From: Lysobacter auxotrophicus
Lineage (GTDB): Bacteria > Pseudomonadota > Gammaproteobacteria > Xanthomonadales > Xanthomonadaceae
NCBI RefSeq assembly: GCF_027924565.1
Contig: NZ_AP027041.1
Coordinates: 3,794,748-3,858,747, forward strand
Direction of reading: 5' to 3'
DNA: 64,000 nt
The notes beneath the pieces are model-generated. The model worked only from the letters and a program-made list of their open reading frames with translations, did no database searches and was not told the DNA's origin. A program made the position numbers and the translations under genes. The first letter of the stretch is position 1, and every line of letters begins with the position of its first letter. Positions 15,250 through 24,578 of this stretch are shown piece after piece.

Positions 15250-16695
15250 TCACAGCAGCACGCGCCGCATGTCGGCCAGCAGCTGCGCCAGGTATGCGGT
15301 GAAACGTGCGGCCGCGGCGCCGTCGATGACGCGGTGGTCGTAGCTCAGCGACAGCGGCAGGATCAGGCGCGGCGCGAACTGCTTGCCGTCCCACACCGGG
15401 CGGATCGCCGACTTGGACACGCCGAGGATCGCGACTTCCGGTGCGTTGACGATCGGCGTGAACTTGGTGCCGCCGATGCCGCCCAGCGAGCTGATCGAGA
15501 AGCAGCCGCCGCTCATGTCGGCGGGGCCGAGCTTGCCGTCGCGGGCCTTCTTCGCCAGCTCCGAGGTTTCCTGCGCGATCTGCAGCACGCCCTTCCTGTC
15601 GACGTCGCGCACCACCGGCACGACCAGGCCGTTGGGCGTGTCGGCGGCGAAGCCGATGTGGAAGTATTTCTTGAGCACGAGGTTCTCGCCCGAACCGTCG
15701 AGCGAGGCGTTGAACGTCGGGTACTTCTGCATCGCCGCCACCGACGCCTTCATCAGGAAGGCGAGCATGGTGAGCTTGACGCCGCTCTTCTCGTTTTCCT
15801 TGTTGAGCGCGACGCGCAGCTCTTCCAGGTCGGTGATGTCGGCATCGTCGTGCTGCGTGACGTGCGGGATCATCGCCCAGTTGCGCGCGAGGTTCGCGCC
15901 GGACAGCTTCTGGATGCGCGACAGCGGCTTGCTTTCGATTTCGCCGAACTTGGCGAAGTCGACCTTCGGCCACGGCAACAGGTTGAGCCCACCGCCACCG
16001 GCGATCGGCGCGGCGCCGGCCGACGGTGCAGCGCCGCCTTCCATGACCGACTTCACGAACTTCTGCACGTCCTCGCGGCTGATGCGGCCACCGCGTTCGC
16101 TGCCCGAGACCTGCGACAGGTCGACGCCAAGCTCGCGCGCGAACAGGCGCACCGACGGGCTGGCGTACGGCACCTTGTCGGGCATCAGTTCGTTGGAGTC
16201 GAAAGTGACCGGCGGGCTGCGCGGCGGCATGGCTTCCGGGTCCACGCCCGGACGCGAGGCGTCGATGGACGCCTGGGCGATGCGGTCGGCCTGCTGCGGC
16301 ACGACGACGGGCTCGACACTGGTGCCGGTCTCGGATGCCTTGACCTGCTGCGATGGCGCGGCGGGTTCGGCACGGGCCGGGGCGGCGGCCTTCGCCGGCG
16401 CGGCTTCGGCCTTCGGTGCTTCCGCCTTCGGCGCTTCGGCGGCAGGCGCGGCGTCGGTCGGCTCGATCAGCGCCACCACGCTGCCTTCGGCGAGCTCGTC
16501 GCCGATCTTGACCTTGATCTCGCGGATGACGCCGGCGAACGGCGCCGGAACCTCCATCGTGGCCTTGTCCGATTCGAGCGTGACCAGTCCCTGGTCCAGC
16601 TTCACCGTGTCGCCTACCGCGACCAGCAGTTCGATCACCGGCACGCCGTCGTAGTTCCCGATGTCGGGAACGCGTGCTTCTTTGAGCTCAGCCAT
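15250..16695 (-). CDS. aceF: Dihydrolipoamide acetyltransferase (E2) of pyruvate dehydrogenase
   Basis: 481 aa from [13 protein letters not shown]. One lipoyl domain, E3-binding domain, catalytic DHRVIDG. Confidence 0.92.
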   Translation of the reverse strand: [481 protein letters not shown]

Positions 16696-16786
16696 TGTGG
16701 GGGGTCCCGCAGACGCGAAAACCCTATTGTGCGGTTTGCCGGCCCATGCGCCAACCAAGACTTCCGTACGTACCGGTATCCGGTAC

Positions 16787-17605
16787 TCAGCGTGTCGTCT
16801 CGCCCTGCTCGCCCGCCCGGGCGGCCTCTTCGGCGGCGTCGGCGGCGGGCGTGGGATCGCCGGACCGGTGGGCCCGGAGCATGGACAGCGGTTGCCCGTC
16901 GGCAAGGCGGAACTCGAGCGCATCGTCGATGCGGTCCAGTTCGACCAGGCGCCGGCACAGACCGTCGGCGCGTGCTTCCAGCGCCCGGGCACGGGGTTCA
17001 ACGCGGGCATCGATCTGCGCGTCGAGATCCTCCAGCCGCTTGAGCCGCGACGCGTCGCCACTGAAGGCGGCGCCGATCGCCCCGGACACGATGTCGCCGA
17101 TCATGCTCGGGATCACCTCGGCGACCGCTTCGCCAATGCCGTCGCCGAGCTCGCGGCCATTGAACCGGGTGGGGGTGACCGACCGCGCCAGCCGCGCGTC
17201 GATCTGCGAGCGCGCGCGATCGAGCTTCTGCTTCACCAACTTGGGGTCGCTCGCAAACCCGGCGGCCACCTCGCCCAGCACGGTGAAGGCGATGTCGGCG
17301 GCGTCGCGCCCGATCGCCTGCGCTTCCGGCATCGCGGCACGCGCGCCGCGTTCGAAGTCGGCGATGCGTTGCCGGTCGGCGGCGTTCAACTCCACCCAGC
17401 GGTCGTCGACGAACAGCTTCCCCTGGCGCATCACGATGGCGTGCGGCACGCCCGATTCGCGGGTGAGGATGACGCTGCGTTCGTCGATGGTCAGGTCGTA
17501 GTCACTGTCGATCTCGCACGACGCGTTGAGCTCGACGTCCGCCGCCATCGCCGGCGGGACGACGAACGCGATGCACAGCGCGCACGACGCTAACTGTCGA
17601 TTCAT
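16787..17605 (-). CDS. Periplasmic hypothetical protein (DUF2884-like)
   Basis: Signal peptide MNRQLASCALCIAFVVPPAMA. ~270 aa, no catalytic motifs. Confidence 0.55.
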   Translation of the reverse strand: MNRQLASCALCIAFVVPPAMAADVELNASCEIDSDYDLTIDERSVILTRESGVPHAIVMRQGKLFVDDRWVELNAADRQRIADFERGARAAMPEAQAIGRDAADIAFTVLGEVAAGFASDPKLVKQKLDRARSQIDARLARSVTPTRFNGRELGDGIGEAVAEVIPSMIGDIVSGAIGAAFSGDASRLKRLEDLDAQIDARVEPRARALEARADGLCRRLVELDRIDDALEFRLADGQPLSMLRAHRSGDPTPAADAAEEAARAGEQGETTR

Positions 17606-17923
17606 GGAGCGCTCCCCCGTCCTTTCCGTGGGTTTCCATCTTGCATCCTGCGCGGCGCGTTGTCCTCCACCGCGTTTACACACCGCCCCGTGCGCCGGGC
17701 CGTCGAGCTTTCGTCAACGATGCGCGACCGCGGTCAAGCGCGATTCATCACGAAAGTGGCAAGCACGCGCGCCGCGTTGACCCGAGTCGACCGCGCGAAA
17801 GTTCCGTGATCGCGCGATCGCGACGCAAGAACGGTTCATTCGCCGGTCGCTACGTTGGCGCCGCCTTTCCAAGGCAGCCTCCCCCAAGGCGTGATCGCTA
17901 GACCAATAACAGGAGATTTCTCC

Positions 17924-18574
17924 ATGAAGCACTTTCGTCAGTTGACCCTGGCCGTCGTGGCCACCCTCGCCATCGCCCCTGCCTTTGCGCAGGAGATCAC
18001 CGGCCCCGATACCAGCGGCAAGCGCTTCGCCGTCGTGGGCGGCTACACGCTGGCCGAACCGACCAAGAATCCGCTGATCGCCGGCGAGCGCACCACCGTG
18101 GACGGCGACGGCGCCGCCACCCTGAGCGCGAACTACTACGTCACCGACAACATCGCCATCGAGGCGTGGGGCGCGGCCGACAAGTTCGGCAACCGCGTGC
18201 GCACGCCCAACGGCAAGATCGCCAGCGTCGACACGCAGCCCTACGCGCTGAGCGGCCAGTACCACTTCGGCAACACGCAGAGCATCGTGCGTCCGTTCGT
18301 GGGCCTGGGCTATTTCGAAGCCAACACCGACGGCGAGAAGGCCGAGCCGACCGGCGCGCTCGCCGGCCAGCGCATCGGCGTGGAAACCGCCAAGGGCGCG
18401 ATGGCCACCGCCGGCGTGGACGTCAACATCACCCCGACCTGGTTCGCGCGCGCCGACGTGCGCTACATGCACGACACCACCGGCCAGCCGAACGTCACCG
18501 TCGACGGCGCCAACGTCGGCAAGGCCGAGCTGAATCCGGTCACGGTCGGCGTGGGCGTGGGCGCCCGCTTCTAA
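17924..18574 (+). CDS. ompW: OmpW-family outer membrane protein
   Basis: Signal peptide MKHFRQLTLAVVATLAIAPAFA. 8-strand beta-barrel pattern. C-terminal …GVGARF. Confidence 0.85.
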   Translation: MKHFRQLTLAVVATLAIAPAFAQEITGPDTSGKRFAVVGGYTLAEPTKNPLIAGERTTVDGDGAATLSANYYVTDNIAIEAWGAADKFGNRVRTPNGKIASVDTQPYALSGQYHFGNTQSIVRPFVGLGYFEANTDGEKAEPTGALAGQRIGVETAKGAMATAGVDVNITPTWFARADVRYMHDTTGQPNVTVDGANVGKAELNPVTVGVGVGARF

Positions 18575-18758
18575 GGCGCATCGTTCCATGCATGACGAAA
18601 CGGGCCCCGATCGGGGCCCGTTTTGTTTCGGTGGCGTCATGGCTTCACGCCGGGCACGCGCCGCGCTCGACCGCGCGCTGAACGTGTTCACGCCACCCTA
18701 ACCGCGTCCCCGTAGGGTCGCGGTGACCCACGGAATTCACCCCTGCGAGGAGTTGCGC

Positions 18759-18953
18759 ATGACCACGAAGCTCGACAAGCCCCTGCGTCGCGAAATCCAG
18801 ATCGAGGAACGCGCCTACACCCTGACCATCGACGCCGATGGCCTGAAACTGGTCGAGAAGGGCCGCCGCAACGGCCAGGAACTGCGCTGGGCCGACCTGG
18901 TCAGCGGCAACGCGCAGCTGAACGCGGCGCTGTCGGCCAGCACCGAGCGCTGA
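18759..18953 (+). CDS. Small hypothetical protein (64 aa)
   Basis: ATG at 18759 (MTTKLDKPLRREIQIEERAYTLTIDADGLKLVEK...). Ends 8 nt before nei. Confidence 0.45.
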   Translation: MTTKLDKPLRREIQIEERAYTLTIDADGLKLVEKGRRNGQELRWADLVSGNAQLNAALSASTER

Positions 18954-18960
18954 TCCGCCC

Positions 18961-19866
18961 GTGCCTGAAGGCCCGACGATCGTCATCCTTCGCGAGGAGG
19001 CGGCAGGGTTTCAAGGGCGCGTGGTGAAGCAGGTCACCGGCAACAGCCGGCTCGACCTGCAGCGCATGCGCGGTGAGCGCATCACCGCGCTGTGCAGCTG
19101 GGGAAAGCATTTCCTCATCCGCTTCCCCTCCTTTGCGATGCGCGTGCACTTCATGCTGTTTGGCAGCTACCGCATCAACGAGCGCCGCGAAGCCGCCCCG
19201 CGCATGAGCCTGCAGTTCGCCGATGGCGATGAACTGAACTTCTACGCGTGCTCGCTTCGTTACGTCGAAGGCGACCTGGACACCGTCTACGACTGGAGCG
19301 CGGACGTCATGGCCGACGCCTGGGATCCGAAGAAGGCACGCCGCAAACTCAAGGCCAGGCCGAAGCTGCTCGCCGCCGACGCGTTGCTCGACCAGACGAT
19401 CTTTTCCGGCGTCGGCAACATCATCAAGAACGAAGTGCTGCACCGCATCCGCGTGCATCCGGAGAGCCAAATCGGTGCGCTGTCCCCGCGCAAGCTCGGC
19501 GAACTGGTGACCCAGGCGCGCGAGTACAGCTTCGATTTCCTGCGCTGGAAGAAGGAATACGTCCTTCGCAAGCACTATCAGGTACATACCAAGACGATCT
19601 GCCCGCGCGACGGCACGCGGTTGACGTACCGCGCAAAACTCGGGCATTTCCAGCGCCGCGCATTCTTCTGCGAGACCTGCCAGGTGTTCTACGGCGAACG
19701 CCTGCCGCCGCCGGAACCGATCAGTCGCGTGAGGAAAGCGGTCCCGAAAGTAGCGACGAAAGCGCCCGCGAAGGCCGTCAAGAAGGCCGCGAAAAAGATC
19801 GCCAAGAAAGCCGTCAAGAAGGTGGCTAAAACCGCGACGAAGCGGACCACTGCCCGACGCGTGTGA
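18961..19866 (+). CDS. nei: Fpg/Nei-family DNA glycosylase (endonuclease VIII-like) with a Lys/Ala-rich histone-H1-like C-terminal tail
   Basis: N-terminal MPEGP (catalytic Pro2/Glu3). Zinc finger CPRDGTRL…FFCETC. Tail AVPKVATKAPAKAVKKAAKKIAKKAVKKVAKTATKRTTARRV. Confidence 0.8.
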   Translation: MPEGPTIVILREEAAGFQGRVVKQVTGNSRLDLQRMRGERITALCSWGKHFLIRFPSFAMRVHFMLFGSYRINERREAAPRMSLQFADGDELNFYACSLRYVEGDLDTVYDWSADVMADAWDPKKARRKLKARPKLLAADALLDQTIFSGVGNIIKNEVLHRIRVHPESQIGALSPRKLGELVTQAREYSFDFLRWKKEYVLRKHYQVHTKTICPRDGTRLTYRAKLGHFQRRAFFCETCQVFYGERLPPPEPISRVRKAVPKVATKAPAKAVKKAAKKIAKKAVKKVAKTATKRTTARRV

Positions 19867-19878
19867 TGCGCTTACCGC

Positions 19879-20766
19879 TCAGGGATGCTCCGCTTCGGCG
19901 TGCACCTTCTCGCGGCGGATCAAATACAGCCCGCTGGCGACGATGATCGCCGCGCCGATCCAGGTGATCGCATCGGGCAACACGCCCCAGAAGGTCAGGT
20001 CGAACAGCACGCCCCACACCAGCGCGGTGTATTCCAGCGGCGCGATCGCCGACGCCTCGCCCATGCGGAACGCCTCGGTGATCGCGTACTGTCCCAGCGC
20101 CCCGGCCACGCCGATGCCGGCGATCAGCCAGAAGTCCTCGCGACGGATTGCCACCCATTCCGGCCACGCCAGCACGCCCGCGCCGACCGCGATCATCGCC
20201 ATCAGCCAGACCATCATCGACTGCGTGCTGTCGGTGCGCGCGAGGATGCGCACGGTGATCGCGCTGACCGCGTACATCACCGCCGCCACGAGCACCGCCA
20301 GCGCGGCGAGGCTGATCATGCCCTCGCCGGTCGGTCGCAGCAGCACGATGACGCCGACCAGGCCGATGGCGATCGCGGTCCATCGACGCGGCCCGACCTT
20401 CTCGCCGAGTACCGGCACCGACAGCGCGGTGATCAGCAGCGGCGCGACGAAGAAGATCGAATACGTCGTCGACAGGGGCAGCTTGGAAACGGCGAAGACG
20501 AAGGTCGCCATCATCGCCACGCCCAGCACGCCGCGCAGCAGGTGCAGCGACCAACGCACCCGCAGCAGCGGCGCGACGCCGGCCGTCGCGATCGCCCACA
20601 CCAGCACCAGCGGGAAGGAGGCCGCGCCGCGCAGCGAGGCCACCTGGAACGGCGGATAGTGCGTGGAGAGCTGCTTCAGGCCCGCATCCATCATCGCGAA
20701 CATCGCCACGGCGACCAGCATGGTCAGCATGGCGCGGCCCTGGTGCGCGTTGCGGGAGGGGGACAT
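19879..20766 (-). CDS. DMT/EamA-family transporter
   Basis: 10 TM helices, two EamA repeats. Confidence 0.8.
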   Translation of the reverse strand: MSPSRNAHQGRAMLTMLVAVAMFAMMDAGLKQLSTHYPPFQVASLRGAASFPLVLVWAIATAGVAPLLRVRWSLHLLRGVLGVAMMATFVFAVSKLPLSTTYSIFFVAPLLITALSVPVLGEKVGPRRWTAIAIGLVGVIVLLRPTGEGMISLAALAVLVAAVMYAVSAITVRILARTDSTQSMMVWLMAMIAVGAGVLAWPEWVAIRREDFWLIAGIGVAGALGQYAITEAFRMGEASAIAPLEYTALVWGVLFDLTFWGVLPDAITWIGAAIIVASGLYLIRREKVHAEAEHP

Positions 20767-20920
20767 GGCGGGAACCGGCGGGTGGGGCCCGGCACTATAG
20801 CGGGCCGCAGCGGCCGGCATGCGCCCCGGTGGCCCGGGTAAGCGAAGCGCATCCGGGTTGCGCGTGACAGGACCCGGGTGCGCTTCGCTTCCCCGGGCTA
20901 CGAAAGCGTGGGGCGTTGCG

Positions 20921-21991
20921 CTACTTCAGGCTAGCCAGGTCGATCACGAAGCGGTACCGCACGTCCGACTTCAGCATGCGCTCGTAGGCCTCGTTGATCT
21001 GGTCCATGCGGATCAGTTCGATGTCCGACGCGACGCCATGCGCGGCGCAGAAATCCAGCATTTCCTGCGTTTCGGCGATGCCGCCGATCATCGAACCGGC
21101 CAGGCGGCGACGCTTGCGGATCAGCACGCCCGCGGCGACCGACTCCGGCGCTTCCGGCAGGCCGAGCAGGACCATCGTGCCGTCGAGCCTGAGCAGGTTG
21201 AGGTAGGCGTTGTAGTCGTGTTCGGCCGAGACGGTGTCCAGGATGTAGTCGAAGCTTCCCGCGAGCGTCTTGAACACCGTGCCGTCGCGCGTGGCGGCGA
21301 AATCCTGCGCGCCCAGTGCGAGCGCGTCGTCGCGCTTGGATTCGGACGTGCTCAGCACCGTGACGTGTGCGCCCATCGCGGCGGCGAGCTTCACCGCCAT
21401 GTGGCCGAGCCCGCCCAGGCCGACGACGGCCACGCGGTCGCCCGGCTTGACGCCGAAATGCTTCAGCGGCGAATACGTGGTGATGCCGGCGCACAGCAGC
21501 GGCGCGGCGCGATCGAGCGGGATCGACTCCGGAATGCGCAGCACGTAGCCCGCGTCGACGACGATCTGAGTCGAATAGCCGCCGTAGGTCGGCCGGCTGC
21601 GGTCCTGCCGGCGACGATCGCCCGGGTCGCGCTCGAAGCTGTTGTACGTGGCGGTCATGCCGAAATCGCAGTACTGCTGCTCGCCGGCGTCGCACGAGGG
21701 GCACTGGCGGCACGAATCGACGAAACAGCCGACGCCGACCGCCTCGCCGATCGTGAACGCGGTGACCTCACTGCCGAGCCTGGCGACGCGGCCGACGATC
21801 TCGTGGCCCGGCACCATCGGGAAGGTCGCGCCGCCCCAGCCGTCGCGCGCCTGGTGGATGTCGGAGTGGCAGACGCCGCAGTACAGGATGTCGATCAGCA
21901 CCTCGCGCGGACCGGGCTCGCGGCGCTCGACGGTGAACGGTTCCAGCGGCGTGGTGGCGCTGAGCGCGGCGTAGGCGGGCGTGGCGGACAT
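20921..21991 (-). CDS. Zn-dependent NADP alcohol dehydrogenase (YahK / cinnamyl-ADH-like)
   Basis: GHEIVGRV zinc site, Cys cluster [15 protein letters not shown], Rossmann [11 protein letters not shown]. Contains an Arg-rich insertion ([10 protein letters not shown]). Confidence 0.88.
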   Translation of the reverse strand: MSATPAYAALSATTPLEPFTVERREPGPREVLIDILYCGVCHSDIHQARDGWGGATFPMVPGHEIVGRVARLGSEVTAFTIGEAVGVGCFVDSCRQCPSCDAGEQQYCDFGMTATYNSFERDPGDRRRQDRSRPTYGGYSTQIVVDAGYVLRIPESIPLDRAAPLLCAGITTYSPLKHFGVKPGDRVAVVGLGGLGHMAVKLAAAMGAHVTVLSTSESKRDDALALGAQDFAATRDGTVFKTLAGSFDYILDTVSAEHDYNAYLNLLRLDGTMVLLGLPEAPESVAAGVLIRKRRRLAGSMIGGIAETQEMLDFCAAHGVASDIELIRMDQINEAYERMLKSDVRYRFVIDLASLK

Positions 21992-22151
21992 CGGTGTTCC
22001 TGGATGCGGGAGAATCCGGAAAGTCTAGTGGCGCCGATGTTCCCGCGCCGTGCGCCAATGGTCGGCACGCCGTCGACACAGCGTTCCAGCGCTGCAGCTT
22101 CGCGCCCGCTGCGCTACCCTTTGCGCCCCCGAAACAGCCGCGGAGCGACCC

Positions 22152-22634
22152 ATGCCTTCCTTCGACATCGTCTCCGAAGTCGAGAGCCACGAACTGACCA
22201 ACGCCGTCGACCAGGCCAATCGCGAACTGGGCACGCGTTTCGATTTCAAGGGCGTGGACGCGAAGTTCGTGCTGGAAGACCAGGTCATCACACAGTCCGC
22301 GCCGAGCGATTTCCAGCTCAAGCAGATGAACGACATCCTGCGCGCGCGGTTGATCGCGCGCGGCATCGACGTGCGTTGCCTGGAATTCGGCGACGTGGAA
22401 ACCAACCTCGCCGGCGCGCGCCAGAAGATCACCGTCAAGCAGGGCATCGAGCGCGAACTGGCGAAGAAGATCCAGGCCTCGATCAAGGACGCCAAGCTGA
22501 AGGTCGAAAGCCAGATCAACGGCGACAAGCTGCGCGTCACCGGCAAGAAGCGCGACGACCTGCAATCGGCCATTGCGCTGCTGCGCGGCGTGGAGTTTGA
22601 GCGCCCGCTGCAGTTCGAGAACTTCCGCGATTGA
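22152..22634 (+). CDS. yajQ: YajQ-family (UPF0234) nucleotide/c-di-GMP-binding protein
   Basis: MPSFDIVSEVESHELTNAVDQANRELGTRFDFKG…. Confidence 0.9.
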   Translation: MPSFDIVSEVESHELTNAVDQANRELGTRFDFKGVDAKFVLEDQVITQSAPSDFQLKQMNDILRARLIARGIDVRCLEFGDVETNLAGARQKITVKQGIERELAKKIQASIKDAKLKVESQINGDKLRVTGKKRDDLQSAIALLRGVEFERPLQFENFRD

Positions 22635-22650
22635 TCCGCGTGCCGGCGCG

Positions 22651-23187
22651 ATGAACACAGACGACCCCATCGCGCAGACCCGCCGCTGGCTGGAGCGCGC
22701 GGTGATCGGGCTCAATCTGTGCCCGTTCGCCAAGGCGGTGTACGTGAAGCAGCAGGTGCGCTTCGTGCTAAGCGAAGCGACCACGCAGGAGTCCCTGCTC
22801 GATGAACTCGCCGCGGAGCTGTCGCTGCTGGCCGCCGCCGAGCCCGAGGCCATCGATACGACGCTGCTCGTGCACCCGCACGTGCTGGCGGATTTCCTCG
22901 ACTACAACGACTTCCTCGATCGCGCCGACGCGGCCGTCGTCGCGCTCGGACTGGAAGGCGAGATCCAGGTCGCGAGCTTCCATCCGCAGTACCAGTTCGC
23001 CGGCACCTATGCCGACGAGATGGGCAACTTCACCAACCGCTCGCCGTTCCCGACGCTGCACCTGTTGCGCGAGGCGAGCATCGACCGCGCGGTGGCGGCG
23101 TTTCCCGATCCGGACGTCATCGTGGAGCGGAACATCGCGACCCTGGAAAACCTTGGCCGCGAGGGCTGGGACGAGCTGATGCGCTGA
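22651..23187 (+). CDS. DUF1415-family protein
   Basis: WLERAVIGLNLCPFAKAV motif. 178 aa. Confidence 0.7.
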   Translation: MNTDDPIAQTRRWLERAVIGLNLCPFAKAVYVKQQVRFVLSEATTQESLLDELAAELSLLAAAEPEAIDTTLLVHPHVLADFLDYNDFLDRADAAVVALGLEGEIQVASFHPQYQFAGTYADEMGNFTNRSPFPTLHLLREASIDRAVAAFPDPDVIVERNIATLENLGREGWDELMR

Positions 23188-23191
23188 GTGT

Positions 23192-23863
23192 TCAGCGACG
23201 CAGCGCGGGCTCGATCAACGCCCGCGCGTGCACCAGCGAATCGACGATGCGATGGCCGAGCGCGCGCACGGCGTCGTCGGGAATCACGAGGTCCGGCACC
23301 TGGATCGGCGTCATCCCCGCCGCGAGCGCGGCACGCACGCCGGGCACGGAATCTTCCAGCACGACGCATTGCGACGGCGCCACGCCGAGGCGCTTCGCCG
23401 CGAGCAGGTAGATGTCGGGCGCCGGCTTGGTGTGCTGCACTTCGTTGCCGGCGACGACTTCGTGGAAATGCGGAAGCAGTCCGGTCGTGGTGAGCTTCTG
23501 CAACGCGCGCTCGCGACGCGTCGAGGTGACGACCGCGCGCGGGATGCCGCGCGCTTCCAGCAACGCGAGCAGTTCGAGCACGCCCGTCTTCAGCGGCAGG
23601 CCGGCCTCGACGTGTGCGTCGTAGCGCACCTGCAGCCCGTGCAGCAGCGCCTGCAGCGTTTCTTCGTTGCCGAAGCGCTGCCGCAGCAGGTCATGGCACG
23701 CCCGATCGGAGAGGCCGACGAACGACAGCCACAGCGCGTCCTCCACCTCGAGCCCCAGTTCCTGCGATGCCTCGCGCCAGCATTGCAGCAGCGCGCGCTC
23801 GCTTTCGATCATCAGGCCGTCCATGTCGAACAGCACCGCGGCGGGGGTGAACTCCAGCTTCAT
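23192..23863 (-). CDS. HAD-IA family hydrolase
   Basis: Motif I FDMDGLMIESE. 223 aa. The start (ATGA) overlaps the rsuA stop. Confidence 0.85.
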   Translation of the reverse strand: MKLEFTPAAVLFDMDGLMIESERALLQCWREASQELGLEVEDALWLSFVGLSDRACHDLLRQRFGNEETLQALLHGLQVRYDAHVEAGLPLKTGVLELLALLEARGIPRAVVTSTRRERALQKLTTTGLLPHFHEVVAGNEVQHTKPAPDIYLLAAKRLGVAPSQCVVLEDSVPGVRAALAAGMTPIQVPDLVIPDDAVRALGHRIVDSLVHARALIEPALRR

Positions 23864-24567
23864 GCCTTGCCTCCGAACAGCGCGTCCAGGTCGCCCGCGT
23901 CGAGCAGCCGCCACTGCCCGGCGGGCAGGTCGCCCAGCGACAGTCCACCGATGCGGCTGCGATGCAGCGCGTCCACGTGGTTGCCGACCGCCGCGAACAT
24001 GCGCCGCACCTGGTGATAGCGGCCCTCGGTGAGCGTCAGCGCGGCGTGGCGCGCGTCGCGCACGTCGAGCGACGCGGGCGCGAGCGGCGTGGTTTCCGAT
24101 TCGAGCATCAGCGTGCCGCTGGCGAACACCTCGCCCTCGTCGCCGCGCAGGTCCTGCGCGAGCGTCGCCTCGTACACCTTCGCGAGCTTCGCCTTCGGCG
24201 AGACGATGCGATGCAGCAGCGCGCCGTCGTCGGTCATCAGAAGCATCCCGCTGGTGTCGCGATCCAGGCGGCCCACGCTCGACAGCAGCGGCGAGCGCGC
24301 ACGGAAACGCAGCGGCAGCAGGTCGTAGATCACACGCCCCGGATCCTTCGTCGAACACGTGTAGCCGACGGGCTTGTGCAGCATCAGAGTCATGCCGGCG
24401 GGCGGATCGAGCGGCTCGCCGTCGATGCGGATGACCTCGTGGCCGACCTTGTCGTCGGCGTAGAGCACCTCGCCCTGCGCATCGGTGATGCGGCCTTCGC
24501 GGAACATCGCCGCGACCTCTTTCCGGCTTCCGTAGCCGAGGTTGGCGATGAGTTTGACCAGCTTCAT
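23860..24567 (-). CDS. rsuA: 16S rRNA pseudouridine synthase, RsuA family
   Basis: S4 domain. Catalytic GRLDRDTSGMLLMTDDG. Confidence 0.85.
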   Translation of the reverse strand: MKLVKLIANLGYGSRKEVAAMFREGRITDAQGEVLYADDKVGHEVIRIDGEPLDPPAGMTLMLHKPVGYTCSTKDPGRVIYDLLPLRFRARSPLLSSVGRLDRDTSGMLLMTDDGALLHRIVSPKAKLAKVYEATLAQDLRGDEGEVFASGTLMLESETTPLAPASLDVRDARHAALTLTEGRYHQVRRMFAAVGNHVDALHRSRIGGLSLGDLPAGQWRLLDAGDLDALFGGKA

Positions 24568-24578
24568 TCAGTGAATCC

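Noticed and set aside
15227-15973. N-terminal 249 aa of the 465-aa ORF 14576..15973 (minus)
   Set aside because: This part is antisense to aceF and reads as Arg-rich nonsense (…RRNRKQAAVAHPEAVRREPRAQ…). Only the C-terminal ~216 aa, starting at the signal peptide, looks genuine.
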